64,000 bases of DNA from Thermodesulfobacteriota bacterium. Lineage in GTDB: Bacteria; Desulfobacterota_D; UBA1144; Nemesobacterales; Mycalebacteriaceae. Shown one piece after another: positions 50,101-60,249 of the stretch (position 1 is its first letter; each line of letters starts with the position of its first letter). The stretch is taken from assembly GCA_965198945.1 (NCBI GenBank), contig CBDAQI010000001.1, positions 256,001-320,000 on the forward strand. Direction: 5' to 3'. The notes under the pieces are model-generated. The model was given only the letters and a program-made list of their open reading frames with translations, was not told the DNA's origin and made no database searches. The translations under genes were made by a program, and so were the position numbers.

Positions 50101-50591
50101 TGAAAAACCACGGATACTCGCTTCTTGAAATGCTTTTTGTCCTCGCCCTTGCGGCGGCGGCAATAGTTTCATCCGTTCCGTTTCTTGTTCAATATGCGGA
50201 AAATTCACAATTTGAAAGCGCTGCACAGAAAGTCGTATCCCAGGTGAGACGGACGAAAATGCTCGCCGTAACAAAGAAGAAAACTCACACAATTTGTGTT
50301 CCGCTCGGAGAGGCAAACGATGGAAATTTGTGGAAGTTTTTCACTTTGGAAAGCGGTCGTGACAAATGCGACGCTCCCGGAACAAAAATAATTGAAGACG
50401 CCATTCCCTACAAAATTTTTCAAAAAAGCGGAAAAACGGAAATCAAAAAAATCGTCTTCACTCCCAGGGGAACGTCTACCAACAAATCCTTCTGCATTGA
50501 AAATAAAAGAGGCGGCGGATGGAAAAAAATAACAATTTCCAATTTTGCAAGAATTACGGTAATTTCTGACTCTGCAAACCCGTGTGATTGA
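50100..50591 (+). CDS. Type IV minor pilin (FimT/FimU-like)
   Basis: HG/YSLLEML; IVFTPRG motif. Confidence 0.75.
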   Translation: MKNHGYSLLEMLFVLALAAAAIVSSVPFLVQYAENSQFESAAQKVVSQVRRTKMLAVTKKKTHTICVPLGEANDGNLWKFFTLESGRDKCDAPGTKIIEDAIPYKIFQKSGKTEIKKIVFTPRGTSTNKSFCIENKRGGGWKKITISNFARITVISDSANPCD

Positions 50592-50645
50592 CTGATTGAG
50601 GAGCGGGTATATTCTTAAAACGGCATCTGCCGGGAGTGGGAGCAA

Positions 50646-52331
50646 ATGGCGAAAAAACAAAACCCGAGACAGTTTTCTTCAATATATGTTGAGGGGCCTG
50701 ACCGCGCCCCGAGCCGCGCGATGTTGAGAGCGGTCGGCTTCAAAGACAAAGATTTTTCAAGACCGGTTGTGGGAATTGCGTCAACATGGAGCATGGTAAC
50801 CCCGTGCAACATGCACATAGACAAGCTCGCAATGCGCTCCGCAATGGGTGTGAACAAATCAGGCGGCAAAGCAGTTACTTTCAACACAATCACGGTTTCC
50901 GACGGCATTTCAATGGGAACCCCCGGCATGAGATACTCTCTGGTTTCAAGAGAGGTAATCGCAGACTCAATAGAAACGGTTGCCGCGGCCGAGGGTTTTG
51001 ACGGACTCGTTGCAATTGGCGGCTGCGATAAAAATATGCCGGGCTGCATGATGGCAATCGCGCACCTGAACCGCCCGGCGGTTTTTGTTTACGGCGGAAC
51101 CATAATGCCCGGATGCCATAACGGAAAGGATATTGACATAGTGTCGGTCTTTGAAGCGGTAGGCGCTCATGCGAGCGGTGAAATAAGTGACGGGGATTTG
51201 AAAAAAATAGAGAGCGCCGCCATACCCGGTCCCGGATCGTGCGGAGGAATGTATACCGCAAACACAATGGCTTCGGCGATTGAGGCAATGGGAATGAGTC
51301 TGCCGAACAGCTCGTCTCAGGCCGCAGTTTCACGCGAAAAAAACAACGACTGTTCCGAAGCCGGCAAGGCTGTTGTTCAGATGATGGAAAATGGAATCAA
51401 ACCGCGCGACATAATGACTAAAAAGGCGTTTGAAAACTCAATAGCCGTGGTAACAGCACTCGGCGGCTCAACAAACAGCGTGCTCCACCTCCTCGCAATG
51501 GCAAGGGCGGCAAATGTCAAATTGTCAATTGATGATTTTACAAGAATAGGAAGGCGCACCCCCGTTCTTGCGGACCTGAAACCCAGCGGAACACATATGA
51601 TGGCGGATTTTTGCAAGATAGGAGGCCTGCTTCCCCTTATGAAAACGATGCTTGATGGCGGTCTTTTGCATGGCGACTGCCTGACCGTAACCGGGAAAAC
51701 CGTGCGGGAAAATCTGCGCGGAGTGAAAAAATACGGCGCAAAACAGAAAATTGTTTCATCGCTTAAAAATCCGCTGAAAAAGGACGGACATATAATAATT
51801 CTGCGCGGCAATCTGGCCCCGGACGGAGCGGTTGCCAAAATAACGGGCAAAGAGGGAAGCGTTTTCAGCGGCGAGGCGGTTGTTTTTGATTCGGAAGAAA
51901 AAAGCATGAAAGCAATACTCGCCGGAAAAATTAAGAAGGGAAATGTGATTGTGGTCAGGTATGAGGGGCCGCGGGGCGGGCCGGGAATGAGGGAGATGCT
52001 TGGGCCGACGGCGGCGGTTGTCGGAAGGGGGCTCGGAAATGATGTGGCTCTGATAACGGACGGCAGGTTTTCCGGCGGCAGTCACGGTTTTGTAGTCGGG
52101 CACGTAACGCCTGAAGCGGCGGTCGGGGGGCCCATTGCGCTCGTAAAAACCGGAGACAAAATCACAATAGACTCAAAAAAGAGGGAGATAAATCTCTCCG
52201 TTTCAAAGGCGGAGATGAAACGCAGGGCCGCTGAATGGAAAGAACCGCCTCCGAAAGAAAAAAGGGGAACGCTTGCAAAATATGCCAAACTTGTTTCTTC
52301 CGCCTCCGAGGGAGCGGTAACGGATCTGTGA
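50646..52331 (+). CDS. ilvD: Dihydroxy-acid dehydratase
   Basis: [51 protein letters not shown]. Confidence 0.97.
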   Translation: MAKKQNPRQFSSIYVEGPDRAPSRAMLRAVGFKDKDFSRPVVGIASTWSMVTPCNMHIDKLAMRSAMGVNKSGGKAVTFNTITVSDGISMGTPGMRYSLVSREVIADSIETVAAAEGFDGLVAIGGCDKNMPGCMMAIAHLNRPAVFVYGGTIMPGCHNGKDIDIVSVFEAVGAHASGEISDGDLKKIESAAIPGPGSCGGMYTANTMASAIEAMGMSLPNSSSQAAVSREKNNDCSEAGKAVVQMMENGIKPRDIMTKKAFENSIAVVTALGGSTNSVLHLLAMARAANVKLSIDDFTRIGRRTPVLADLKPSGTHMMADFCKIGGLLPLMKTMLDGGLLHGDCLTVTGKTVRENLRGVKKYGAKQKIVSSLKNPLKKDGHIIILRGNLAPDGAVAKITGKEGSVFSGEAVVFDSEEKSMKAILAGKIKKGNVIVVRYEGPRGGPGMREMLGPTAAVVGRGLGNDVALITDGRFSGGSHGFVVGHVTPEAAVGGPIALVKTGDKITIDSKKREINLSVSKAEMKRRAAEWKEPPPKEKRGTLAKYAKLVSSASEGAVTDL

Positions 52332-52366
52332 TATGACGGTTGGTTGATTGGCGGGGTTTTTTTGAG

Positions 52367-53575
52367 ATGAAAATTCTTGAAGGCAAAAAAATAATTTTAG
52401 GGGTTACCGGAAGCATTGCCGCTTACAAGTCGTGTGAAATCACAAGAGAGTTGATACGGTGCGGCGCAGAGGTTCAGATTGTTATGACAAAAAACGCCGG
52501 AAAGTTTATAACTCCGCTAACACTTCAAACGCTTTCGGGGAAAAAAACGGTTTCAGACCCTTTTGATATTGAATGGGAATCGGAAATCGGACACATCACT
52601 CTTGCGGACGCCGCGGACGCTGTTGTTATCGCGCCCGCAACGGCTTCCTTTATAGGTAAAATGGCGGGCGGAATTGCCGACACCCTGCTCGGAGCCCTGA
52701 TTCTTGCAACCGGGGCGCCCGTGATTGTTTGTCCGGCAATGAATGTGAACATGTATTCAAACCCTCTTGTGAAGGACAATCTTAAAAAACTCAAAAATGC
52801 GGGGATTTCCATCGTCGGCCCTTTGGAGGGAGGCCTTGCGTGCGGATGGGAAGGAAAGGGACGGCTGAGTGAAACGGACGAAATCATCGCGGAGACCGAA
52901 AAGGCGGTCGCACCAAACGACTTCAAGGGGAAAAAACTGCTTGTTACCGCCGGGGCCTCGCGTGAAAACATAGACCCCGTGCGTTTCATCTCCAATCCTT
53001 CAACGGGGAAAATGGGTTGCGCAGTTGCACGGGCGGCATGGATGAGGGGAGCCGATGTGACTCTAATTTCAGGGGTGGGAGCGGGAGTTGATCTGCCCGG
53101 AGTGCGGCGCATTGAGACCGGGTCGGTAAAGGATATGTTTGATGCGGTCATGGAAAATGTCGCGGAGGCTGATTTTGTAGTCAAAGCGGCGGCGGTGGGA
53201 GACTATACGCCCGCTGAAACGGCGGAGGAAAAAATTAAAAAGATTTCCGGGACGATGTGTCTGCAGCTTGAGAAAACGCCCGACATTCTGGAAACGGTCG
53301 GGGAAAAATACGGAAAAAACACCGTTTTAGTGGGTTTTTCTGCGGAAACACAGTCTGTTATTGAAAACTCAAAGAAAAAACTCAAAAGGAAAAAAGCGGA
53401 CATGATAATCGCCAATGATGTTTCATCCGGAGATTCGGGTTTTGGTGCGGACACAAACCGTGCTGTTTTCATCAGACCGGAAAGTGAGCCGGAAACTCTG
53501 CCGCTCATGACAAAAGAAGCGCTCGGTCATAAAATCCTTGACGCCGCTTTGCAAATTTATAATGAGAAGTTTTAG
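52367..53575 (+). CDS. coaBC: Phosphopantothenoylcysteine decarboxylase/ligase
   Basis: GVTGSIAAYK, APATA, PAMNVNM, LACG, DPVRFISNPSTGKMG, VGFSAET, IIANDV. Confidence 0.96.
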   Translation: MKILEGKKIILGVTGSIAAYKSCEITRELIRCGAEVQIVMTKNAGKFITPLTLQTLSGKKTVSDPFDIEWESEIGHITLADAADAVVIAPATASFIGKMAGGIADTLLGALILATGAPVIVCPAMNVNMYSNPLVKDNLKKLKNAGISIVGPLEGGLACGWEGKGRLSETDEIIAETEKAVAPNDFKGKKLLVTAGASRENIDPVRFISNPSTGKMGCAVARAAWMRGADVTLISGVGAGVDLPGVRRIETGSVKDMFDAVMENVAEADFVVKAAAVGDYTPAETAEEKIKKISGTMCLQLEKTPDILETVGEKYGKNTVLVGFSAETQSVIENSKKKLKRKKADMIIANDVSSGDSGFGADTNRAVFIRPESEPETLPLMTKEALGHKILDAALQIYNEKF

Positions 53576-53720
53576 CGCTCCGAAAAGAACACAGAATAAC
53601 GCAGACTTCTAAATTCAAAAATATCTTCTTTTACCCGTTTCCAAATTTGATTTATACGGGGTGACCGATAATGCAAGCAGTGATATTTTCTCATTTGTGG
53701 TAACATGCTCCGGCTTTTCC

Positions 53721-53753
53721 CCGTCATTGCCATGCAAACGGGAACTCGGTATT
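53721..53753 (+). repeat. Degenerate copy of the dRS3-like element at 8393
   Basis: CCGTCATTGCCATGCAAACGGGAACTCGGTATT matches CCGTCATTCCCGTGGAAACGGGAATCCGGTATT at 28/33. Confidence 0.65.
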
Positions 53754-53848
53754 ACGATAAGCCCTGCCATGAAACCCCGGATTCCTAGTCCCTGTTTTTC
53801 CATTTGCCGCTTCCCGCGCCTTGCTCTTATGGTAACATTAAGCCGCTG

Positions 53849-54265
53849 ATGAGCGAGCAGCAAAAAAAAATCTACCAGAAAGCGGGAGTTGTTGTCCGTA
53901 TGAGGGGAGAAGATGGGGAAGACAAAATCCTTCTTGTAAGCGCGCGCAGACATGCGGGTTCATGGGTCTTTCCTGCGGGAACCGTTGAGGAGGGAGAACT
54001 TCCCCGGCAGGCGGCGGCGAGAGAGTGTAAAGAGGAAAGCGGTTATTTGGTGGAACCCGGAGACAAACTCGGTGAGGTGAAAGTTTCGGAGCGGGACTGG
54101 ACAAAGAATTTCGTTTTTTTCTCGGCCACCGTTGTAGGTGAAACTGAAAACTGGGAAAAGGACAGGCTGCGCAAATGGGTCAGGGTTTCCGTCCTTGAGC
54201 GTGAGGTTGCGGAAGTTTTTGCTCCCATTGCGCGTATTGCCGCCGGAAACAGCGGGCCGCTTTGA
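53849..54265 (+). CDS. NUDIX hydrolase
   Basis: WVFPAGTVEEGELPRQAAARECKEESG Nudix box. Confidence 0.88.
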   Translation: MSEQQKKIYQKAGVVVRMRGEDGEDKILLVSARRHAGSWVFPAGTVEEGELPRQAAARECKEESGYLVEPGDKLGEVKVSERDWTKNFVFFSATVVGETENWEKDRLRKWVRVSVLEREVAEVFAPIARIAAGNSGPL

Positions 54266-55071
54266 GGACGGTTTTCAATTCTGTTAGAATGCCCCTGAAC
54301 CGGAAGACTGAAATGGACTATTATAAAAGACTGGCGAGCAGATACAGAAGCCTGCGTATGACCGACGGGGAGCCGGTTGATTTTATTTGCGAGCAACTTG
54401 CCGGGACCGGGAAAATTGAAGCCGCGGATATGGGTTGCGGAGTCGGGAGATACGCCAAGCTTATTCTGGAAAACTTCGGAGAAAGAATTTTTCTGAACTG
54501 TTTTGATACAAACGAATATATGCTCAATCAGCTTGATTCCTATCTGAAAAGCGAGGGGCTTTCAAACTTTTCCGCCAGAATAGCTGATGCGAGAGGAGTT
54601 CCTCTCAAAAACAGCTCCCTTGATGCGGTTTTCTCCTTTAATTCAGTTCACCACATAGGGGTTCTGGGTTTGCTGCGTGAGATTTCAAGAATTCTCAAGA
54701 CCGGTGGCAGGATTTTTATCTATACAAGGTCAAGAACTCAGAACGATCGCACTATCTGGGGCAGATACTTTCCTCTTTACCGGCGCAAAGAGTCGCGCCT
54801 TTATGAGCCTGAGGAATTTGAATTCAAGGTTGAAAAGTTTCCCGAATTTGAAATTGAATCCGCAAAGACTTTCATTTATGAACGTGTGAATTCACAGAAA
54901 GATCTGGCTGAAAAAGCATCGGAGCGCGCATACTCCGTTTTCCATTTTTACGAGCCCGAGGAGTTTGACAGGGCGTTTGGAAAGTTTAAACAAAGCCTGA
55001 AAGAACATTTTGACGGTGATGTTGAGTGGGAAGATGAGAAAATAATGTATGTTCTCAGAAAAGTCGTTTGA
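54262..55071 (+). CDS. Class I SAM-dependent methyltransferase (start uncertain)
   Basis: ADMGCGVGRY, SLDAVFSFNSVHH, RILKTGG. Confidence 0.85.
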   Translation: MRTVFNSVRMPLNRKTEMDYYKRLASRYRSLRMTDGEPVDFICEQLAGTGKIEAADMGCGVGRYAKLILENFGERIFLNCFDTNEYMLNQLDSYLKSEGLSNFSARIADARGVPLKNSSLDAVFSFNSVHHIGVLGLLREISRILKTGGRIFIYTRSRTQNDRTIWGRYFPLYRRKESRLYEPEEFEFKVEKFPEFEIESAKTFIYERVNSQKDLAEKASERAYSVFHFYEPEEFDRAFGKFKQSLKEHFDGDVEWEDEKIMYVLRKVV

Positions 55072-55083
55072 GTTCTTTCCCTT

Positions 55084-56046
55084 TTACGAACTCAGGCATT
55101 TTTTCATTGAGTGCGCAAGATTTTTCATCATTTCAACATATAAATCCGGTCCGGGAATAAGCCCTTTTCCAAGCGGATCAAGAACACCTGTTTTTGCTTT
55201 TGTTCCCTCAACAACAGTTTGAATTATTCTCTTTCCGAACTGCGGTTCGCTGAACACACACACTGCGCCCTCTTCACGGATGCTTGAACGTATACGTTTG
55301 ATTTCCGCCACCGACGGGGGCGCTTCCGGGTTTATAGTTACCGAGCCGACGGGATTCAGTCCGTATTCGCGCTCAAAATAACGGTAGGAATCGTGAAAAA
55401 CCGCATATGGAATTTTTTCCAGACCGGCGAGTTCATTTCTGATTTCCGCATCCAGATTTTTCAGTCTCTTTATGAATTTCCGGAGATTCTTTTTGTAGAG
55501 ATTTCTTTTTTTCGGATTGATTTGAGACATTTTCTTTGCGACCGTTACGGCAATTTTTTCAGCGTTTTCCGGGGAAAGCCAGACGTGCATATCATAATTT
55601 CCATGATGGTGCCCGTGGTGTTCCTCATGCCCGTGTTCATGATGCCGGTTGTTATTTTTACGGGTGTTCCGATTTACGGTGTTTAAAAGTTTAATGCCGG
55701 ATATTTCCGCGACCGGGAATTTGCGCACTTGCTTCGGAAGAGAATTCAGAGGCTTGAGGAGAAAAGTTTCAAAGTCATCTCCGATATAAAAAACCGCTTT
55801 CGCCCCGGTCATTTTTCTTATTGCAGACGGTTTCATACTGAATCCGTGCGGAGAGACTTCCGCCGGTATGATTAATTCCACCGTTTCCGCACCTTTTGTT
55901 ACACCGGAAACGATTGAGTGAAGAGGGGCGATGCTCCCCGCCACCTTGCCGGAACCATCCGCATTCGCCGCCACCGCCGATAAAAATACGGCCGCCGTGA
56001 CCATCACAAACTTCACAAACCCGAAATATTTTCCCATTTTGTTCAC
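55084..56046 (-). CDS. znuA: Zinc ABC transporter substrate-binding protein
   Basis: Signal peptide, SPHGF, His-rich loop, DMHVWLSP, FHDSYRYF, CVFSEPQF. Confidence 0.92.
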   Translation of the reverse strand: MNKMGKYFGFVKFVMVTAAVFLSAVAANADGSGKVAGSIAPLHSIVSGVTKGAETVELIIPAEVSPHGFSMKPSAIRKMTGAKAVFYIGDDFETFLLKPLNSLPKQVRKFPVAEISGIKLLNTVNRNTRKNNNRHHEHGHEEHHGHHHGNYDMHVWLSPENAEKIAVTVAKKMSQINPKKRNLYKKNLRKFIKRLKNLDAEIRNELAGLEKIPYAVFHDSYRYFEREYGLNPVGSVTINPEAPPSVAEIKRIRSSIREEGAVCVFSEPQFGKRIIQTVVEGTKAKTGVLDPLGKGLIPGPDLYVEMMKNLAHSMKKCLSS

Positions 56047-56067
56047 CTGTTATTTAGTTTTAGGTAT

Positions 56068-56082
56068 TGTTATGTTATAACA
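56068..56082. promoter_or_regulatory. Zur box between divergent znuA and zur
   Basis: TGTTAT-GTT-ATAACA inverted repeat matching the proteobacterial Zur consensus TGTTAT-N3-ATAACA. Confidence 0.85.
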
Positions 56083-56112
56083 TCACATATAAAATATCAA
56101 TCGCCGGAGAGA

Positions 56113-56577
56113 ATGAAAATGAAAAATTGGTGCAACCGCCATAGTGAATGTGTCAGGGAGGTTCAAGTTTGTGCCGAGCGGATATGTTCACAGAGAGGTG
56201 TTCGCCTGACATCTTTGAGAAAGCGTGTTCTTGAGATAGTTTCAAACAGCCATCGTCCCGTGAAGGCGTATCAAGTTCTTGAGGAGATTTCCTCTTCGGC
56301 AAAGCCGCAAACCGTATACCGTGCGCTTGATTTTCTTATTGAAAACGGACTTGTTCACAAAATTTCCAGCATGTCTTCCTACTGCGTCTGTTCTCATCCG
56401 GCGAGCGGTCATGACGAGTGTTTTTTTCTCATCTGTTCGGTTTGCGGAGACGCACGGGAGTTTTGCGGAGCCGAGTTGTCAGAAGCCGTTGAAAGGGCGG
56501 CCGTGCTTGAGGGTTTCACAAAAGCGGGAGCGGTTCTGGAAGTGCGTGGAGTTTGCGCCGGGTGCGTGGGGGGGTAG
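56113..56577 (+). CDS. zur: Zinc uptake regulator (Fur family)
   Basis: RLTSLRKRVLE, KAY, TVYRALDFL, CSVC and CAGC Zn sites; znu context. Confidence 0.9.
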   Translation: MKMKNWCNRHSECVREVQVCAERICSQRGVRLTSLRKRVLEIVSNSHRPVKAYQVLEEISSSAKPQTVYRALDFLIENGLVHKISSMSSYCVCSHPASGHDECFFLICSVCGDAREFCGAELSEAVERAAVLEGFTKAGAVLEVRGVCAGCVGG

Positions 56578-56581
56578 TTTC

Positions 56582-57334
56582 TTGAACGACGGTGTGCTTG
56601 TAAAGGCTTCCGGGGTTTCCGTTGCCCGGGGTGGAAATCAAATCCTGCGTGATATTGATATTGAGGTCAGAGAAGGAGATTTTTTGTCTGTTGTCGGACC
56701 CAACGGGGCGGGTAAAACCACCCTTGTCAAGGTCTTATCCGGCATTGTACTTCCGGACTCAGGTTTGTGTGAGCGCAAGTCCGGTCTGAGTATCGGCTAC
56801 ATGCCGCAGAGCATGGAAAGTGTGAGATACATGCCCGTTTCCGTGCGGCGGTTCATAAGGCTGCGCCATGAAACAAAGAGCGCGACATTTGAAAAAGTGT
56901 GCCGTGAAGCCGGAGTTGAGAGTATTTTGACAAGAAAAATAAGCGATCTTTCCGGTGGAGAATTTCAACACGTTCTGCTTGCCAGAGCCCTTATGAAAAA
57001 TCCCGACCTCCTTGTTCTGGATGAACCGGCACAGAACCTTGACATTTCAGGGCAGTTGGGTTTCTACAAACTCCTTGAAAAAATTCATCTTGAGCGGGGA
57101 ACCGCAATTTTAATGGTATCTCACGACCTCCATATGGTGATGTCTTCCACGAAAAAAGTCGTTTGCATGTATGGGCATATCTGTTGTGCGGGTGAGCCTT
57201 TGACCGTTGCAAAAGATCCGGAATTCATTTCAATGTTCGGTGTAGACATGGCGCGTCTTATTTCATTTTACTCACACACCCACGAACACACTCACGGGCA
57301 TTTTCAACCCCGGACGGGCGGCGGAGAAGAGTAA
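56582..57334 (+). CDS. znuC: Zinc ABC transporter ATP-binding protein
   Basis: GPNGAGKTT, LSGGE, LVLDEP, VSHDLHMV, HICC, His-rich tail; TTG start at 56582 inferred. Confidence 0.9.
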   Translation: MNDGVLVKASGVSVARGGNQILRDIDIEVREGDFLSVVGPNGAGKTTLVKVLSGIVLPDSGLCERKSGLSIGYMPQSMESVRYMPVSVRRFIRLRHETKSATFEKVCREAGVESILTRKISDLSGGEFQHVLLARALMKNPDLLVLDEPAQNLDISGQLGFYKLLEKIHLERGTAILMVSHDLHMVMSSTKKVVCMYGHICCAGEPLTVAKDPEFISMFGVDMARLISFYSHTHEHTHGHFQPRTGGGEE

Positions 57335-58182
57335 TGATGGACGAGCCTTTTATAGTTCGCGCCCTGCTTGCGGGAGTCGGAGTCGCTTTCGCCACCGGAA
57401 TGCTCGGATGCTTTGTTGTCTGGAAAAAAATGGCTTATTTTGGCGATTCCCTCGCCCACGCGTCGCTTGCGGGTATTCCTTTGGGTCTTATTGCCGGAAT
57501 GGGGACTAAGTCAGGGATTTTTGTTATAGTTTCCGTCTTTGCATTGCTCCTTGCATGGATTAACGGACGCGGCCGGATTGCCACCGACACGGTTCTCGGT
57601 ATAGTGGCTCACGCCTCCCTTGCTTTGGGTATAGTGGCGGTTTCTCTGACTGGTCTTCCCGTTTTGAATCTTCATTCCGTTCTTTTCGGCGATATTCTGG
57701 CTGTCGGCACAAATGATGTTTTTATCATCTATATTTGCTCCGCGGCGGTTTTTGTCCTTTTACTGTTTAACTGGGACTCTCTTATACTTATGACGGTCAG
57801 TGAGGATTTGGCAAAAGCCGAAGGTGTAAACACGTTTCGCCTCAATTTCCTTTTAATGTTTCTTATGGCGGCCGTAGTTGCGGTCTCCTTTCAGGTGGTG
57901 GGTGTTTTGCTTGTCACTTCAATGCTTATAATTCCCGCCGCATCGGCACGGGTGGCGGCGCGCTCTCCGGAAATTATGGCTCTTACGGCATGTCTTGCCG
58001 GGGCGGGATCGGTTTTTTTCGGAATTTACTGCTCTCTGCTTTATGACACGCCTTCGGGCCCTTCAATAGTTACGGTTTCCGCTCTGTTTTTCATTGTGTG
58101 TCTTGCGGGTTCAAACCTTTCCGGGCGCATATTCAGATGTAACGCTTATTCAAATGAACAAGGAGGAAAAAATTTTGATTGA
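57334..58182 (+). CDS. znuB: Zinc ABC transporter permease
   Basis: GCFVVWKKMAYFGDSLAH, LFGDIL, DLAKAEG, DTPSGPSIV. Confidence 0.92.
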   Translation: MMDEPFIVRALLAGVGVAFATGMLGCFVVWKKMAYFGDSLAHASLAGIPLGLIAGMGTKSGIFVIVSVFALLLAWINGRGRIATDTVLGIVAHASLALGIVAVSLTGLPVLNLHSVLFGDILAVGTNDVFIIYICSAAVFVLLLFNWDSLILMTVSEDLAKAEGVNTFRLNFLLMFLMAAVVAVSFQVVGVLLVTSMLIIPAASARVAARSPEIMALTACLAGAGSVFFGIYCSLLYDTPSGPSIVTVSALFFIVCLAGSNLSGRIFRCNAYSNEQGGKNFD

Positions 58183-59422
58183 ATTTTCTGTTGGAAAACG
58201 GACATTGAAAACGTTTTTTGTATTTTGTGTTTTGTCTTTTGGTTTGATTCCAAAGTCTTACGGCATGTTCCATATTGAAGGTGAAATTGATACGAGACTT
58301 CACTTTGACAAAGTTGTCAGCGCGGAGAACAAAAACAACGAAATCTATGAGGGATATTCCCATTCTCATATAACGGCTGAGTTATTCGCGGGGGAATGGT
58401 TCTCGGTATCCGGCGAATTGCTTCTTGAGGGAGAACCCTCAGGTCATGACCATGGAAAAGCCCACAATGAAGAAGGGGATGAGGAAGAGGAGCATGAAGA
58501 GGAGCATCTCCATGAAGAGGCTCACGGCACAAAGAGCGGAAACACATTTTTTGTGGACCACGAACTGCTTCTGGATGAATTGGCGCTGAATTTCCGCCCC
58601 GTTTCAGGTGTTGTAAACATACTGCTTTACGGGGGAAAAATCGCTCCGGTTTTCGGCCTGGACCTTCACGATTTTCCCGGAATTTATTCCTATCTGCTGC
58701 CCGAAGAGTATGAACTGCGCGGAAAAGTCGGTCTTGGCGGGCGGGTAGGATTTGACGGCATGATATACGGAAAACAAAGTTTTGATTTTTCCGCTTTTGC
58801 GGCGGACACAACTATTTTCAGCAACAACGAAGGTCGGCGTCTCCGCAAGAGCGACGGAGGAGTGTCCAACACCGGCGACCTTTCATCTTTTGCGCTTTCC
58901 ATCGGAGGCGGCGATTTCTTTTCCCTAAGAGGAGGGCTGCTAACCTATTTGCTGGAAGGATTTTCATACCGTCTCAGTTATGCCAGGCAGGCAAAGGGCA
59001 TCGGAAATAAGAAAGACGAAAACAGGTTTTCTTTTTCCAGCCGGAATATATGGCCACTCACGGAAAATTTTTCCTCTATAATTGTGAGCGAATATGTTCA
59101 TATCAGTAATCTGGGAGGCGACGCATCTCATGACCGGACATATGCAACCAATACGGTTGGTTTTGACTGGAAACAGTGGATGCTTGTGTTCGGTTTGTCT
59201 CTTGTGGAGAACAAGGCTAATGAGCGGGAAGAAAGCGCGGACGTGTCAATTTTCAGCTGTTCTCTTTTGCGTAAAATAGGAAATATGGAAATCGGAGCCG
59301 GCTACCGGAGGCGAAAAGAACAGGGAGAGAAAGCCACCGACAGAATAGGCTTCCTCCTGAGCTATCACGCGGGTTTTTCGTTTCCCGCAGGAGGTCTCGG
59401 TCATGAAGGGCACCACCACTGA
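58154..59422 (+). CDS. His/Glu-rich putative outer-membrane beta-barrel protein
   Basis: Hydrophobic N-terminal segment, HDHGKAHNEEGDEEEEHEEEHLHEEAH loop, alternating beta-strand pattern, ends YHAGFSFPAGGLGHEGHHH. Confidence 0.6.
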   Translation: MNKEEKILIEFSVGKRTLKTFFVFCVLSFGLIPKSYGMFHIEGEIDTRLHFDKVVSAENKNNEIYEGYSHSHITAELFAGEWFSVSGELLLEGEPSGHDHGKAHNEEGDEEEEHEEEHLHEEAHGTKSGNTFFVDHELLLDELALNFRPVSGVVNILLYGGKIAPVFGLDLHDFPGIYSYLLPEEYELRGKVGLGGRVGFDGMIYGKQSFDFSAFAADTTIFSNNEGRRLRKSDGGVSNTGDLSSFALSIGGGDFFSLRGGLLTYLLEGFSYRLSYARQAKGIGNKKDENRFSFSSRNIWPLTENFSSIIVSEYVHISNLGGDASHDRTYATNTVGFDWKQWMLVFGLSLVENKANEREESADVSIFSCSLLRKIGNMEIGAGYRRRKEQGEKATDRIGFLLSYHAGFSFPAGGLGHEGHHH

Positions 59423-59454
59423 AGCCTCAAGTGTGGCGGCACCCTTCCAACCTG

Positions 59455-59835
59455 TCAAATAAAATAGCCGATTAAGAACGCAAAAAAGAACCCGACCAGA
59501 TACACCATGGCCGAAAAGATTACAGACACAAGACTGATCCGTCTCAGGCGCATACACGCGCGTGCCGCCTGAGGCTCCACCGGGCACGGCGCGTTTCTCT
59601 GCGCATAACGCGCCGCCACCGCCACTGCAAGCATTATTCCGGCAGCTGCAAACACCCATACCTTGCGCTCTGAAAGCCACACGAGTTCCGGCAAGGCGCT
59701 GACAAGCCCCGCCGTAACCGCACCGAGCCCAACGCTTGCCAGAAGCGCCGGCAGGGCGCAGCATACAAGCGTTCCCGCTGATGTGAGCAGCGAAAAAAAA
59801 GGCAGAACGGAGTCTTTCCGGCTTATCTGTTTCAT
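59455..59835 (-). CDS. MerT/MerC-like heavy-metal transport membrane protein
   Basis: LVCCALP vicinal Cys pair in TM1, CP...AC loop, three hydrophobic segments. Confidence 0.75.
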   Translation of the reverse strand: MKQISRKDSVLPFFSLLTSAGTLVCCALPALLASVGLGAVTAGLVSALPELVWLSERKVWVFAAAGIMLAVAVAARYAQRNAPCPVEPQAARACMRLRRISLVSVIFSAMVYLVGFFFAFLIGYFI

Positions 59836-60221
59836 TCTGCGGCTCCTTTTCCATAACGAGAGATAGAAACCGTAGTGTAGCCGGCGTCCCTCAAGAGTTT
59901 CTTCACCTTTTTGTCAGTCATGTCTTTTTCCTCTTTCAGGTGGATAATGACCGACTTGCGTTTGAGATTGACGTCCACTTTTTTCGCCGCTCCGGTTTTC
60001 ATAAAAACTCTGCGTATTGAATATGCGCAGAAATCGCACACAAGGCCTTTCACGTCAACTTTTATAACGTTTCCCTTAACCTTTTCCGTAGCGGCATTTT
60101 CAAGCCGCCGGTCGTATTTTTCACCTTGTGAGCCGTCCTTCCCGTACTGTCCGGCATTTGCATTGCCGGAGGCAATAAAAATCCCGACCATGGCTGTCAG
60201 AATAATTTTTTTTATTATCAT
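59832..60221 (-). CDS. Exported heavy-metal-associated (MerP/CopZ-like) domain protein
   Basis: Signal peptide; VKGLVCDFCA metal motif; DAGY. Confidence 0.82.
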   Translation of the reverse strand: MIIKKIILTAMVGIFIASGNANAGQYGKDGSQGEKYDRRLENAATEKVKGNVIKVDVKGLVCDFCAYSIRRVFMKTGAAKKVDVNLKRKSVIIHLKEEKDMTDKKVKKLLRDAGYTTVSISRYGKGAAE

Positions 60222-60249
60222 TTTTTTCTCCTTTATTTTTAAGTTTTTT

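Noticed and set aside
48665..50591. Complete type IV pilus or type II secretion system
   Set aside because: Only minor pilins are present; no major pilin, PilY1, ATPase or secretin in the window.
59455..60221. Mercury-resistance (mer) operon
   Set aside because: No merA or merR in the window; metal specificity cannot be read from the motifs.
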